30,694 nucleotides of DNA from Cyanobacteria bacterium J06626_4 (GCA_038523235.1 JBCBJQ010000068.1:1-30694), one strand, 5' to 3'; numbered from the stretch's first letter, positions 9,432 to 20,522 are shown. A program made the numbers and translations. The notes: generated from the letters alone by a model not told the origin.

Positions 9432-11696
9432 GTGCGGATTCCACTGGATCATTACCGAATACTGGGGTTGCCAATTCAGGCAACGACCGAGCAACTGAAG
9501 CAGGCCCATCGCGATCGCACTCTGCAGCTACCGCGACGGGAATATTCTGAAATTGCGATCGAGTCGCGCAAAGCCCTGATTGATGAGGCTTATACCCTGC
9601 TCGCCGACGCCGAGCAGCGGCAATCGTATGATGCGCAATTTTTGGGCCGCGCCTACACGGCGGAAGCGCTCACTCCGCCCAAAGCTAGCCCGGCAGCCGG
9701 GGCCGCAACCGAGTTAAACCCGCAGGTTGGGGAAGCGGCCCTGCGATCGCTCGCCGCCGACCCGACCCCGACGCGATCGCCAGAACCCTACACCCCCACC
9801 GTTGACATTGCAGATGCCCAGTTTGTCGGCGCGCTCCTGATTCTGCTTGAGCTGGGCGAATACGAACTCGCGATTCGCCTGGGGCGGCCTTTTGTCACCC
9901 GTGGAGACGCTAATTTAGACGATGGCCGCTACGGTGAGCCGCAGGCGGTTCGAGCCGATATCGTGTTGACCTTAGCCTTGGCCTGCTTAGAGCTGGGTCG
10001 CGAGCAGTGGCAGCAAAACCAATATGAAAATGCCGCGGAGTCGTTAGAAACGGGCCAAACGCTGCTGGTGCAAGAAAATAGCTTTCCGGTCATTCGCAGT
10101 GAGCTGCAGTCTGATCTGTACAAGCTGCGCCCCTATCGAGTGTTAGAACTGGTAGCTCGACCGATCGATCAAACTGCACCCCGCCGCCAGGGCGTCAAAC
10201 TCTTGAAAACGATGCTGCAAGATCGGGGCGGCATTGATGGCATCGGCGACGATTTATCGGGTCTCTCGACCGATGATTTTTTGCGGTTTATTCAGCAGCT
10301 GCGAGGCTATTTGACCGCCGGCGAACAGCAGGAAATTTTTGAGGCCGAAGCGCGCCGCCCCTCTGCCGTCGCCACCTATCTGGCAGTGTATGCCCTGCTG
10401 GCCCGCGGCTTTGCCTTTCACCAACCGGCGCTCGTCAGACGCGCCAAGCAGCTGTTAGAACGGGTGGGCGCACGACAGGATGTCTACCTAGAGCAAGCGG
10501 TTTGTTCCTTGTTGCTCGGTCACGCCGAAGAAGCGGGTCGTGCCCTAGAACGCAGCCAAGAATACGAACCCTTAGCCTTTATTCGCGAACATTCTCAAGG
10601 CTCGCCGGATTTGCTGCCGGGGTTGTGCCTCTATGCCGAGCGGTGGCTCCAAGAGGAGGTATTTCACCACTTTCGTGATTTGGCTCAGCAGCAAACCCTG
10701 CTGAAAGACTATTTCGCCGACCCTCAGGTGCAGTCTTTTTTAGAGACGATGCCCGCTCCGGCGATCGCCGAGCCGCCTCAATCGACGGCTGCCCCCGATA
10801 CCTTGGCGGCGGGGGCGACGGCCTTCGGCCCGCCACCCGCAATGCCCACCCTGTCAGCCCCGATCACCCCGGCCTATACCGACGCTCCGGTCGGGAACAC
10901 CCCGTCGGCACGACCTGTCGCTGACGCCAATACAATTCCTCGTGAAGAAATCGGTTTGAGCGTGGCCGAGCGGGTCTCACAGCTGTCGCCGGAGGGGCAA
11001 CTCCAGGCCTCGGGGTCGGGGCGCTCGTTTGCCGCGTCGCAAAACGGTCACCGCCCCTCAGCGGCGGTCGTGCCCCCAGAGCCGCTGGTGCCAGGTGAGC
11101 GGTCATCGCGATCGCCCCACTGGGGTCGCCTCGCTGGGGTGGTAACGGTGGGGGCGGTGACGATGGGCCTCTTGGGCCTAGTCACGGTGCGCGCCTTTAG
11201 TTGGGTGGGGGCAGCCTTCAGCGGCCCGAGAATTCAACAGCCGGCGCTCGATATTAGCCTGATCAGGCCACCGGTCAACATTCCCACCCCGCCGCCGCCA
11301 GAGGCGCAAATTGGCGTCAAAGACATTGCTGAACGAACGATTACCACCTGGTTGTCGGCCAAACGCGAGGCCCTCGGGCCAGAACACACGATGGATAACC
11401 TGGAGACGGCGCTGGTCGAGCCGGTGCTGACCGAGTGGCGCAACCAAGCTCTGGGAGGAGAACGCGACAACTGGTACTACACCTTCGAGCATTCCGTTGA
11501 GGTGCTGTCAGTAGAGCCCGATGACCCCACCGCCGAGGCTCTGACAGTTGAGGCTCAGGTCAAAGAAGTGGCTGAGTATTACGAATTGGGAGTGCTCAAC
11601 AACCGCAATTCCTACGATCGCGACCTCAACATGCGGTATGAGTTGGTGCGTCAGGAGGCTGACTGGTTCATCAAGAGTATGGAAGAAATTGAATGA
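9432..11696 (+). CDS. ftn2: Cell division protein Ftn2/ZipN (ARC6 homologue: J-like domain, TM segment, C-terminal DUF4101)
   Basis: MRIPLDHYRILGLP...QLPRREYS N-terminus, DLLPGLCLYAERWL, single TM helix and periplasmic C-terminal domain. Divergent from pdhA. Confidence 0.93.
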   Translation: MRIPLDHYRILGLPIQATTEQLKQAHRDRTLQLPRREYSEIAIESRKALIDEAYTLLADAEQRQSYDAQFLGRAYTAEALTPPKASPAAGAATELNPQVGEAALRSLAADPTPTRSPEPYTPTVDIADAQFVGALLILLELGEYELAIRLGRPFVTRGDANLDDGRYGEPQAVRADIVLTLALACLELGREQWQQNQYENAAESLETGQTLLVQENSFPVIRSELQSDLYKLRPYRVLELVARPIDQTAPRRQGVKLLKTMLQDRGGIDGIGDDLSGLSTDDFLRFIQQLRGYLTAGEQQEIFEAEARRPSAVATYLAVYALLARGFAFHQPALVRRAKQLLERVGARQDVYLEQAVCSLLLGHAEEAGRALERSQEYEPLAFIREHSQGSPDLLPGLCLYAERWLQEEVFHHFRDLAQQQTLLKDYFADPQVQSFLETMPAPAIAEPPQSTAAPDTLAAGATAFGPPPAMPTLSAPITPAYTDAPVGNTPSARPVADANTIPREEIGLSVAERVSQLSPEGQLQASGSGRSFAASQNGHRPSAAVVPPEPLVPGERSSRSPHWGRLAGVVTVGAVTMGLLGLVTVRAFSWVGAAFSGPRIQQPALDISLIRPPVNIPTPPPPEAQIGVKDIAERTITTWLSAKREALGPEHTMDNLETALVEPVLTEWRNQALGGERDNWYYTFEHSVEVLSVEPDDPTAEALTVEAQVKEVAEYYELGVLNNRNSYDRDLNMRYELVRQEADWFIKSMEEIE

Positions 11697-11914
11697 TTGC
11701 CGTTTGAGGTGGGTACCTTGGAGCGGGTTCTGTTCCCTCGCTGCCCGGATGCCAAAGGGTACTTGGGCGAATCGCAGTGGTGCAATGACTCGTTTTGCGG
11801 TATGTTGAGCGCTTGTGTGTCAAAGCTATGATGGTGTTTGCACCATTAGGCCAGGCCACTATAGACACGTCTCTTGTGTGTACTTTAATTTTGCTGCCCT
11901 ACTGAACTGAGGAT

Positions 11915-12520
11915 ATGCAACTCGACAGTCCTCCGGCGCCCTCGGCGCCCTCGATTTTAGAAACGCTGCCGGTCCCCAACCTGCCGACCCAAGATTGCCC
12001 GCGCCGGGTGCGGATGGATCTGGATTTGCTCATATTGGCGATCGAATCGCTGGACGTGGCGGGCTCAGAGGCCCTGCTCAAAGTGTCAGAACAGCTCGGC
12101 CTGCAGTCAGTGATTCCCGGCCGTGTCAAGCTCTGGCGCATCCGTAGCACCAACCCCATGCGGCGACAAAATCAGCGCGATCCCTTGTCGATCGCCGAGG
12201 CCAAAGCACTCACCATCGTGATTTGTTTTTTAGCCAAGCGTCTGTCCGTGCTGATGCGTCAACTCCTGCTGGGTTATCAGCAGCTCAGCGATAAGCAGCT
12301 AGCGTTCGATCATCATTTTCGACTCGCCGACTATCTACTACGATTTCGCAGCCTATTTCGAGCCCGCATGAACCCGCAGCGAGCCGGGGTGATTGCCTAC
12401 AGCACCGACGAAAAACTCAACGAGCTGGCGATTTCGCTGCTGACTCGCCTACTATTTTGTACCGGCACCCAAGGCCCGCAACGCCTCTGGAGCAGCCTGT
12501 TTGACGGAGAAGTCGTATGA
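11915..12520 (+). CDS. DUF3038 family cyanobacterial protein
   Basis: LDLLILAIESLD, LWRIRSTNPMRR, LLFCTGTQGPQRLWSSLFDGE. Stop overlaps the next start (ATGA). Confidence 0.8.
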   Translation: MQLDSPPAPSAPSILETLPVPNLPTQDCPRRVRMDLDLLILAIESLDVAGSEALLKVSEQLGLQSVIPGRVKLWRIRSTNPMRRQNQRDPLSIAEAKALTIVICFLAKRLSVLMRQLLLGYQQLSDKQLAFDHHFRLADYLLRFRSLFRARMNPQRAGVIAYSTDEKLNELAISLLTRLLFCTGTQGPQRLWSSLFDGEVV

Positions 12521-13629
12521 CCGTTCAACGCCAATACACCCTGCCCAACTGCAACCTCAAGCTGGAAGGGCTGAATACGGGTGACGACACTGACCCGATG
12601 GCTCCCCTCACGGTGGTGCTCAACTCAGAATGCATTTTTCCCGGTACGCCCCACGTCCTCAGTGGCGGTCGGGAGTTTCTCGACGCGCTGGTCAAAACCG
12701 TGAGCGACTACGCGCAATCGCTGCTGAGCGGTATTCCCTACCCCTTGCCAGAAGAGGTCTCGGCAGCCCAGCCGGTCGCCCTAAAACCGGGCGAGCACCA
12801 TCGCCATCACCTGATGGCCACTGTGACGGCCGCCGATGGCACCGCGACGCGCCAGACTCTAGAGCTGAACTCGGTGCAACTATTTGACCTGGTCGAGGCA
12901 GTTGATCAACTTCTAGCCGATACGCTCACCCTCCCTGACCTCACCCTGCAGCTGTCATCCCTCGATCGCCGTCATGCTCGCCCAGCTGAGCCGATGGCCC
13001 AGCGGGCAGTGCCGGCAGCAGTGGGCCTATCGACCCTGGCGGCGGCAGCGGCCCTGTTCTTTTTACCGCCGGTACCAGAGTTTGAGGTGCAGCGCCGCGA
13101 GAGTGAAGGCGCATCGCTCTCGGAACTGGTGGAGCAAGAAGCCGCTAATTTGGCGGAAGCGGAATCGTCCCCCGACGACTCTGAGACCGCGGCGGGCGAT
13201 CGCGGCGACGGGGTCGATCCTGACGATGACGCTACTGCCGCTGACCCCATTGCGGCGGGGGTAGCGCTCGACCGCCTGGCCACGGCAGCGGCGATTACGG
13301 ATGCCGATACCCTGAGCGAGTTAGCCGCTGAGTTAGAAGACAGCCTAGCCGATGCCTTAGACGCCGACGTCGTCTTCGAAGACGACCTGATTTATCGCGT
13401 AGCAGTCTCAGAATCGGGCGATATTTTGGGCTACAAATACGAAAATGATCCTGCCCTCATCAATGTTGACAGCACCCCTCTGCCAGAGCTGACCTTCATT
13501 CCAGTCGAGCCGACAGCCACCACCGACGAGGCCGTGGCTCAGTTTTTGGTCACCTTTGACGAAGCGGGTGAAGTCACCGCTGAGCCGATTGACGCCGATG
13601 AGTTGACTGACACGGGTAGCGAAGAATAA
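12517..13629 (+). CDS. DUF4335 family cyanobacterial protein
   Basis: RQYTLPNCNLKLEGL, QLFDLVEAVDQLLADTLTLPDL, TM segment, acidic C-terminal region. Coupled to DUF3038. Confidence 0.8.
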   Translation: MTVQRQYTLPNCNLKLEGLNTGDDTDPMAPLTVVLNSECIFPGTPHVLSGGREFLDALVKTVSDYAQSLLSGIPYPLPEEVSAAQPVALKPGEHHRHHLMATVTAADGTATRQTLELNSVQLFDLVEAVDQLLADTLTLPDLTLQLSSLDRRHARPAEPMAQRAVPAAVGLSTLAAAAALFFLPPVPEFEVQRRESEGASLSELVEQEAANLAEAESSPDDSETAAGDRGDGVDPDDDATAADPIAAGVALDRLATAAAITDADTLSELAAELEDSLADALDADVVFEDDLIYRVAVSESGDILGYKYENDPALINVDSTPLPELTFIPVEPTATTDEAVAQFLVTFDEAGEVTAEPIDADELTDTGSEE

Positions 13630-13819
13630 GCCCGGCGGGGTGTTGGGTGAGATGAGTTCACGGGAAAAGTGCGAGTGGTCATCATCGTGAGGTCTAAAGC
13701 TCCATCCAGTGGCGGCTGAATCAACGGTAGTGAACCGGTACGGCTGCGATCGCCGCCCCCCGAGTCACGTCCTTTAGAATAAGAACACTCGCCGCTGTTG
13801 ATTGAAGTGGGTCATCACC

Positions 13820-14686
13820 ATGCACGACACCACTGGCCTTGCCATGCCTCAGGCTGACCCGCCGCGCCCACCGCGCGAGACCCTGCCTACCATGTACGAT
13901 TTGCCCAGCGAGTTTCCTGAGGAACCTGGCTGGCCCGACGAATTTCATGATTTGCAGCCCCAGTTATTGAGCCGGACGCTGACTTTATCGGCCTATCAGC
14001 GTGACCGATGGTTTACCGGCAGCGATTTGAATCTTTACTACGACGTGCATCATCCGCTGTGGCACAAGCGGCCCGACTGGTTTTTGGCTTTAGACGTACC
14101 GCGCCTTTACGAAGGTCGTGACCTGCGTCGCAGCTATGTCGTATGGCAAGAAGGGCAGGCCCCCACCGTCGCGATCGAGTTTTTATCACCGCGCACCGAG
14201 CAGGAAGATTTGGGTCGGTTTTATAACTCCCAAGATCAGGTGGCTGCCGCGTCGGCAGCTGAGCCGAACTTATCTACTGACGCGATGCTTCCTGGCAAAC
14301 TGGAAGTGTATGAGCGCTACCTGCGGGTACCGCACTATCTGGTCTACAGTCGCTATAGTCAAAAACTGCGGTATTTCAAGCTGGTCGGCACTCGCTACGA
14401 AGAGCAACCTTTAAACGCCAAGCCACCGCTTGTTTGGTTAGACGACCTAGAAATTGGCCTAGGAGTCTGGTCAGGAGAATTTGAGGGAATTCCCGCACAT
14501 TGGTTGCGCTGGTGTGATGCAGTGGGTCAGTGGCAGCTCACCGATACCGAACGAGCTGAACAACGAGCAGAAATTGAACAGCTGGAAAAAGACGAAGCCC
14601 GGCAACGAGCTGATACAGCTCAAGAACGAGCAGAGCGACTAGCGGCACAACTGCGGGCTTTAGGCATTGAGCCTGACCAGGAATGA
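13820..14686 (+). CDS. Uma2 (DUF820) family putative endonuclease
   Basis: LPTMYDLPSE, RPDWF, RRSYVVWQEG, IEFLSP, K..VYE..LRVPHY, coiled-coil tail ending LRALGIEPD. Confidence 0.9.
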   Translation: MHDTTGLAMPQADPPRPPRETLPTMYDLPSEFPEEPGWPDEFHDLQPQLLSRTLTLSAYQRDRWFTGSDLNLYYDVHHPLWHKRPDWFLALDVPRLYEGRDLRRSYVVWQEGQAPTVAIEFLSPRTEQEDLGRFYNSQDQVAAASAAEPNLSTDAMLPGKLEVYERYLRVPHYLVYSRYSQKLRYFKLVGTRYEEQPLNAKPPLVWLDDLEIGLGVWSGEFEGIPAHWLRWCDAVGQWQLTDTERAEQRAEIEQLEKDEARQRADTAQERAERLAAQLRALGIEPDQE

Positions 14687-14963
14687 AGGAATTGATGCTG
14701 CGAGTGGCGAGCACTAGAAATGTGCCAAGCCCTGATTAGACAAGGCAAAAACAGCTCTTCGTAATGCAGAGTTAGAATCAGCCCCTCTAGAACAGTAGTC
14801 TGGGTACTTACCAGAAATTAGAAGGGCGAAAGGCCATGACAATCACAAAAAGTGTCTAGCCTTAGCGGCGACATCTAGACTTTGCCGTTACGTTATCTGT
14901 AACGAAATCAGTCACCTTCAATCGTAGGGGCTCTGAAAATAGTCACTGCACTCATCTACGTCT

Positions 14964-15707
14964 ATGTCCACTGCTAGCCTGAGTTCCCCGTCATTCAACC
15001 ATCATTCTCTCGCTCTGTCACGGTGCTCTCCCTGGCTGACCCCACTGGCCTATTTTTTAGGGGAAAAGCTGATTGTGCCGAGCTATTTCCGTCAGGTCAA
15101 AATTAGAGGACAGCAAAACTTATCGCACCAAGGGCCGATTATTTTGGCCCCAACCCATCGGGCTCGCTGGGACTCGATCATCATTCCCTATGCGGCAGGA
15201 CGCTCAGTCACGGGGCGAGACTTGCACTTTATGGTGACCTCTGATGAGGTTAAAGGGTTGCAGGGCTGGTTCATCCGTCGCTTGGGCGGGTTTGCGGTCA
15301 ACGTGCGATCGCCCAGCGTTTCCAGCCTGCGTCACGGCATCGATCTGCTGCAGCAAGCCCAAATGATGGTGATTTATCCCGAAGGGGGCATTTTTCGCGA
15401 TTGCCAAGTGCATCGGTTAAAGCCAGGGCTGGCCCGGATCGCGCTACAGGCCGAAGCTCAAGCCCACAATCTGGGCATCCAAGTGATTCCCGTTAGTTTG
15501 CGATACGACATCCCTAAACCGCACTGGCGCAGCAGCGTCGAAATCGCCTTCGGCCCACCGTTAGACGTATCTTCCTATTTGCCGACCCAACAAAAACGTC
15601 CCCTCACCGCTGAGGAACTCAAGACGACAGCCCGTCAGCTGACTGATGATTTGACGGTGGATTTGACTGCCCTTTCGGATAATCAAAATCAGCGCCTCCT
15701 GTTCTAA
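14964..15707 (+). CDS. plsC: Lysophospholipid (1-acyl-sn-glycerol-3-phosphate) acyltransferase family protein
   Basis: HxxxxD motif (THRARWD), IYPEGG, KPGLARIA. Confidence 0.85.
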   Translation: MSTASLSSPSFNHHSLALSRCSPWLTPLAYFLGEKLIVPSYFRQVKIRGQQNLSHQGPIILAPTHRARWDSIIIPYAAGRSVTGRDLHFMVTSDEVKGLQGWFIRRLGGFAVNVRSPSVSSLRHGIDLLQQAQMMVIYPEGGIFRDCQVHRLKPGLARIALQAEAQAHNLGIQVIPVSLRYDIPKPHWRSSVEIAFGPPLDVSSYLPTQQKRPLTAEELKTTARQLTDDLTVDLTALSDNQNQRLLF

Positions 15708-15771
15708 AGGGAATTGCTGATGGGGGAATATCTTGAGGGCGATCGCTCATGACGGCCAGGCTGGCTAGCCC

Positions 15772-17250
15772 ATGCAGCAGCAGAGCGCCAATATGGGGAT
15801 TGGTCATCAGCCATCAAGACCCGCTTCCGCTTTGGCGTATCCTAAACGTGAAGACTCTGCCTGTCTCACAAACGCTATGGCTCACTCCAATGCTAATCCG
15901 GCTCCAGAGCCGCCCCCCGCTGACGATCTAATCATCGAAGAAGTCGAAGACGATACCCCCCTCGACATTGAGCCAGAAAAACGGCGAGTCAAAACGGAAA
16001 AGCAAGACCTGCCGGTCGAAACTCTGGTCAGCTGGGTCAATCGCGGCAAGCTCAACCTGCAGCCAGATTTTCAACGCAATTTCGTGTGGAACAGTGGCAA
16101 AGCGAGCCGGCTGGTCGAATCTTTACTGCTAGCGATTCCGATTCCCGTGATTTATGTTGCTGAAGAGGCCAACCGCACCTATTCAGTCGTGGATGGACAG
16201 CAGCGTTTAACCAGCATTTGTGCCTTTATCAATGGCGCGTTTCCCAACGGTCAAAAGTTTAAGCTGTCGGGTTTGCAAGTGCTCAAAGATCTGAATCGCA
16301 AAGCCTTTACCGATTTGCCCGTTGAGCTGCAAGAAGAAATGCTCAACTTCATTCTCAGGCTGATTGTGATTGAAAAAGATTCTGACCCCGATGTGAAGTT
16401 TGAGGTGTTTGAACGACTCAATCTGGGCGCAGAAAAGCTGAACGATCAAGAAGTGCGAAATTGTGTCTATCGCGGCAACTACAACGAACTATTGCGATCG
16501 CTGGCCCAAAACGAATTTTTGCTCAGAATTTTGCAATCGAAAGAGCCCCATAGTCGCATGGCCGATCGCCAACTGGTGCTGCGGTTTTTTGCCCTGTGGC
16601 GAAATACGCCGCAGCATTACAAAGGCCCAGCCAAGCGCTTTTTAAATACAGAGATGGAGCGGCACCGCCAGCTGAGTGCAGCCGCTCAAACTGAGATGCG
16701 GCAAGTATTTGAAAAGTCAATTGAAATGGCCTATGCCGTATTTCAAGAAAAGGCTTTTCGACGGTACTATCTGGGCAACGCCTATAACCCCAATGGCACC
16801 TGGGAAAAATCTCGGCTCAACGTCGCCCTCTGGGACACCATTCTCTATACCTTTAGCCAGTATGAGCTGCCCCAAATCTTGCCCATCAAAGACCATATCC
16901 GCGAAGCGTTTTTGGATTTACTAACCCACGACAAAAAGTTCGTGGAATATATCAGCACCAGCACCGACCGGAGCGATCGCATTCAATATCGGGCGCAGAC
17001 CTGGGGCAAGCGGTTAGAGCATCTGATCGATTTACCCACGGGTGAACCCCGCACCTATTCCCGCGACTTCAAACAGATGCTGTTTGACCAGCATCCGACC
17101 TGCCATGTCTGCTGGAAGCCCATTGAGGAATTGGATGATGCGGTGATCGCCCATGTGACTGACTACTGGCGTGAACCTAAACAAATTCCCGAAAATGCTC
17201 GCCTGGATCATCGCTTTTGTCATCAGGTGCGGCAAAAGCCGTCCTCTTGA
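15772..17250 (+). CDS. DUF262 (GmrS/ParB-like) domain protein with C-terminal HNH-like domain; GmrSD-type nuclease family
   Basis: QPDFQRNFVW, VDGQQRLTS and FERLN motifs. C-terminal CHVC...AH...N.RL.H..CH. True start may be ATG 15877. Confidence 0.85.
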   Translation: MQQQSANMGIGHQPSRPASALAYPKREDSACLTNAMAHSNANPAPEPPPADDLIIEEVEDDTPLDIEPEKRRVKTEKQDLPVETLVSWVNRGKLNLQPDFQRNFVWNSGKASRLVESLLLAIPIPVIYVAEEANRTYSVVDGQQRLTSICAFINGAFPNGQKFKLSGLQVLKDLNRKAFTDLPVELQEEMLNFILRLIVIEKDSDPDVKFEVFERLNLGAEKLNDQEVRNCVYRGNYNELLRSLAQNEFLLRILQSKEPHSRMADRQLVLRFFALWRNTPQHYKGPAKRFLNTEMERHRQLSAAAQTEMRQVFEKSIEMAYAVFQEKAFRRYYLGNAYNPNGTWEKSRLNVALWDTILYTFSQYELPQILPIKDHIREAFLDLLTHDKKFVEYISTSTDRSDRIQYRAQTWGKRLEHLIDLPTGEPRTYSRDFKQMLFDQHPTCHVCWKPIEELDDAVIAHVTDYWREPKQIPENARLDHRFCHQVRQKPSS

Positions 17251-17370
17251 TGGGCGGCATCGACTGACCCACCCCGTTTCTAATGTGCAAGTCAAGATTC
17301 AACCTGCATCAATCTTGCTCTAGATTGGTGCAGGCGTTGAAGATAGTGTAATGACTGACAGAGTTGCCCA

Positions 17371-18687
17371 GTGACTCAAGGAAAGCAAGTGCAACCAACC
17401 GGGCTGTTTACCAAATTTGCGCGAGGGGCGGGGGCAGCGCTGACTGTTCAGCTCATCAGTGCCTGCCTGCTGTACGGGGCGCAGGTATGGCTGGCTCGCT
17501 GGCTGGGCACCACGGCCTATGGCGTATATGAATACGCCACCGCCATCAGCATCATCGGCGCGTTTATTGCCAGCTTTGGCCTGCCCATTGTGGCCTTGCG
17601 GTTGGTGTCGGCCTATCGCGCCCAAAGCGACTGGGCGCGGCTCGGGGGGCTAATCGGCGGCAGTTGGCGACAGCTTTTGCTGGCCAGCATTGGCATTGCC
17701 GGATGCGGTACCGCCGTATGGGGGTGGCTGCAGGCAACCCGTGACTTAGGAGTGTACACCTGGCCCCTGCTGCTCGGCATCTGGACCATTCCTGGCCTAA
17801 CCCTAATGGGTCTGCAAAGAGAAATTATCCGGGGCTTTCAGCAAATTGTCTTGGCCTTTGCCCCATCGCTGATTGGGCAGCCCTTGGTACTGCTGGGGCT
17901 AGCCGTCGGGTGGCGATCGCAGCGCCCCTTCACCAGTACCGTGGCCATGGCCCTGAGCCTCACTGCCATTCTCGTGGTGCTGGCTGGGCAATGGGGCTGG
18001 TTTCAGGCCCGACTCGATGCCCAGATTCGCCGCCCCCCGCACATTTATGAAACGGCTGAATGGTGGTGTACTGCCTTACCGGTCATGTTGATGGGCGGCT
18101 CCTTCATGATTTTGAACCACACCGACACCCTCATGATTGGCCTGATGTTGAATGCCCAACAGGTCGGCATTTACAGCGCGGCGTTAAAAACGGCGGCTTG
18201 GGTACCGTTCATTTTGATGGCGGTGAATGCCATGGCCGCGCCCCTCATTGCCACTTTGTATGCCGAGAATGACCAGGCCGGACTCCAGCAACTCGTCTCC
18301 GTGATTGCCCGCTGGATGTTTTACCCCGCCTTGGTGATGGCGATCGCGATCGTGCTTTTTTCGCGCCCCATCCTGCACCTGTTTGGGGCAGAATTCATCG
18401 CCGCGCAGGGCGCGTTAGTCGCACTGATGCTGGGACAACTGGTAAATGTGGGTGCGGGCTCGGTGGGCTATCTGATGCTCATGACGACCTACCAGAAACA
18501 GGCGGCTGGCGTGATGGCCGTGAGTGCCCTCGCCAACGTCATTTTGAACTGGGTCGGCATTCACTGGTTTGGCATCTTGGGGGCGGCGATCGCCACGGCC
18601 CTCTCTATGGCCCTGTGGAATATTTGGCTGTACGTCTTAGTAGTGAAAAAGCTCGGCGTCCGTCCGTCCATTCTGGATACGTTTTAA
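17371..18687 (+). CDS. Polysaccharide flippase (Wzx/MOP superfamily)
   Basis: About 12 TM helices, LARWLG..AYG.Y, TDTLMIG, VGIYSAA, FGILGAAIAT. Confidence 0.88.
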   Translation: MTQGKQVQPTGLFTKFARGAGAALTVQLISACLLYGAQVWLARWLGTTAYGVYEYATAISIIGAFIASFGLPIVALRLVSAYRAQSDWARLGGLIGGSWRQLLLASIGIAGCGTAVWGWLQATRDLGVYTWPLLLGIWTIPGLTLMGLQREIIRGFQQIVLAFAPSLIGQPLVLLGLAVGWRSQRPFTSTVAMALSLTAILVVLAGQWGWFQARLDAQIRRPPHIYETAEWWCTALPVMLMGGSFMILNHTDTLMIGLMLNAQQVGIYSAALKTAAWVPFILMAVNAMAAPLIATLYAENDQAGLQQLVSVIARWMFYPALVMAIAIVLFSRPILHLFGAEFIAAQGALVALMLGQLVNVGAGSVGYLMLMTTYQKQAAGVMAVSALANVILNWVGIHWFGILGAAIATALSMALWNIWLYVLVVKKLGVRPSILDTF

Positions 18688-18698
18688 GCCCACCCCAA

Positions 18699-20522
18699 TT
18701 ACCGCTGACTCAAGGCCGCCTGCCGTTGCTGAATGTCGTCGAGGGTGGCATCAGGAATCGCAGCGATCAGCTGCTGCGTGTAGGGTTGCTGCGGCGAATT
18801 GTAGATGACTTCGGCGGGACCAATTTCTTCAATGCGCCCCTGATTCATCACCACAATGCGATCGCTGACAAATTTCACCACGCTCAGATCGTGAGAGATA
18901 AAGATATAGGTCAGGTTGAATTCCTGCTGCAGATCCTTCAACAAGTTCAGCACCTGGGCCTGCACAGAGACATCTAGCGCCGAGACCGACTCATCGCAAA
19001 TGATGAACTTGGGTTCGCAGGCCAGAGTGCGGGCAATGCAAATCCGCTGCCGCTGCCCACCCGAAAATTCGTGAGGCATGCGCCGCAGGGCACTGCCATC
19101 CAAACCGACCCGTTCGAGCAAATCAGTGGCCCGCGCCTGCCGTGCCGCTTCGCTACCGCCCAAGCCGTGAATCTGCATCGGTTCTATAATCGCTGAGCCG
19201 ATGGTTTGGCGCGCATCTAAAGAGCCATAAGGGTTTTGAAACACGATTTGCATGGACTGCCGCAGCTGGCGCATCTCGCTAGGCGCCATCTCTAAGACAG
19301 AGCGCCCCTCAAAGTGCACGGTGCCACGGGTCGGCTCAATTAACCGCAGTAAGCAGCGGCTCAGGGTTGATTTACCGCAGCCCGACTCACCCACCAGCCC
19401 CAGGGTTTCGCCGGGATACACGTCAAAGCTGACATCATCAACAGCGCGAAACTCGGTTTTGCTGCCGAAAAACCCTTGCCGCATGGGAAATGACTTGGTC
19501 AGATTCTTAACCTGCAATAGGGAGGCTTGCTTCTGCAGAACCAGTCGCTTCTGAGCAATTTCTTCGGGACTCACTTCCGCCAACAGTTCCGCCTTTTCCG
19601 CTGGGGTGCGCACCTTCGAGACCACCTGCACGACGCCGCCGTCAACCAGCTGCTCTTCCATAAAGTCACTAACAGTGGGCAGTCGGCGCAATTGCTGCTG
19701 AGGCCGCGGTCGACAGTTCAGCAAGCCCTGGGTGTAGGGATGCTGCGGCTCGGCAAACAAGTCATACACCGAGGCAATTTCCACCAGATCGCCGTGATAC
19801 ATGACGGCGACGCGATCGGCAATTTCGGAGACGACACCCATATCGTGAGTGATGAAGACGGTAGCGGTGCCGCGAGTGGTCTGCAAATCGCGCAGCAGAT
19901 CCAAAATGGTGGCTTGAATAGTGACATCCAGAGCCGTCGTCGGTTCATCCGCAATCAGGACAGCGGGATTACCGGCCAGGGCGATCGCCACCATCACGCG
20001 CTGCTGCTGTCCCCCCGAGAGCTGATGGGGGTAGCGGCCCAAAATTTCGGTCGGATTGGGTAGCTTAACTTCCTCAAACAGGGCGATCGTCTGAGCTTTC
20101 GCGGCTTCAGCCTTTAGCCCCTGGTGCAAGCGCAGCGCCTCAATCACCTGAGCACCGCAGGTATACACCGGATTGAGCGACGTCAGCGGCTCCTGAAAAA
20201 TCATCGAGATCAGCTTGCCGCGATACTGGCGGCGGGCCTCGGGGGACAGCTGCAATAAATCGATCGGGGCCGCCGCCGGCTCCCGCGGGTCGCGAAACCA
20301 GATTTCACCCGACAGTTCAGCGCCTTGATCCAACAGGCCAATCAGCGCTAGCGAGGTCACCGATTTACCCGAGCCAGACTCGCCCACCAGCCCTAGCGTC
20401 TCGCCCGATGACAAATCAAAGGAGACGGACTTGACTGCCGGTACCGGCCCCGCCTTGGTCAAAAAGGTGACGCAGAGATCGCGGACGTCAAGAATCGGAG
20501 AAACGGAGGAAACCATAACCAT
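18699..20522 (-). CDS. Peptide ABC transporter ATP-binding protein, fused DppD/DppF type
   Basis: Two Walker A motifs ([16 protein letters not shown]) and signatures [12 protein letters not shown] and [12 protein letters not shown]. Confidence 0.95.
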   Translation of the reverse strand: MVMVSSVSPILDVRDLCVTFLTKAGPVPAVKSVSFDLSSGETLGLVGESGSGKSVTSLALIGLLDQGAELSGEIWFRDPREPAAAPIDLLQLSPEARRQYRGKLISMIFQEPLTSLNPVYTCGAQVIEALRLHQGLKAEAAKAQTIALFEEVKLPNPTEILGRYPHQLSGGQQQRVMVAIALAGNPAVLIADEPTTALDVTIQATILDLLRDLQTTRGTATVFITHDMGVVSEIADRVAVMYHGDLVEIASVYDLFAEPQHPYTQGLLNCRPRPQQQLRRLPTVSDFMEEQLVDGGVVQVVSKVRTPAEKAELLAEVSPEEIAQKRLVLQKQASLLQVKNLTKSFPMRQGFFGSKTEFRAVDDVSFDVYPGETLGLVGESGCGKSTLSRCLLRLIEPTRGTVHFEGRSVLEMAPSEMRQLRQSMQIVFQNPYGSLDARQTIGSAIIEPMQIHGLGGSEAARQARATDLLERVGLDGSALRRMPHEFSGGQRQRICIARTLACEPKFIICDESVSALDVSVQAQVLNLLKDLQQEFNLTYIFISHDLSVVKFVSDRIVVMNQGRIEEIGPAEVIYNSPQQPYTQQLIAAIPDATLDDIQQRQAALSQR

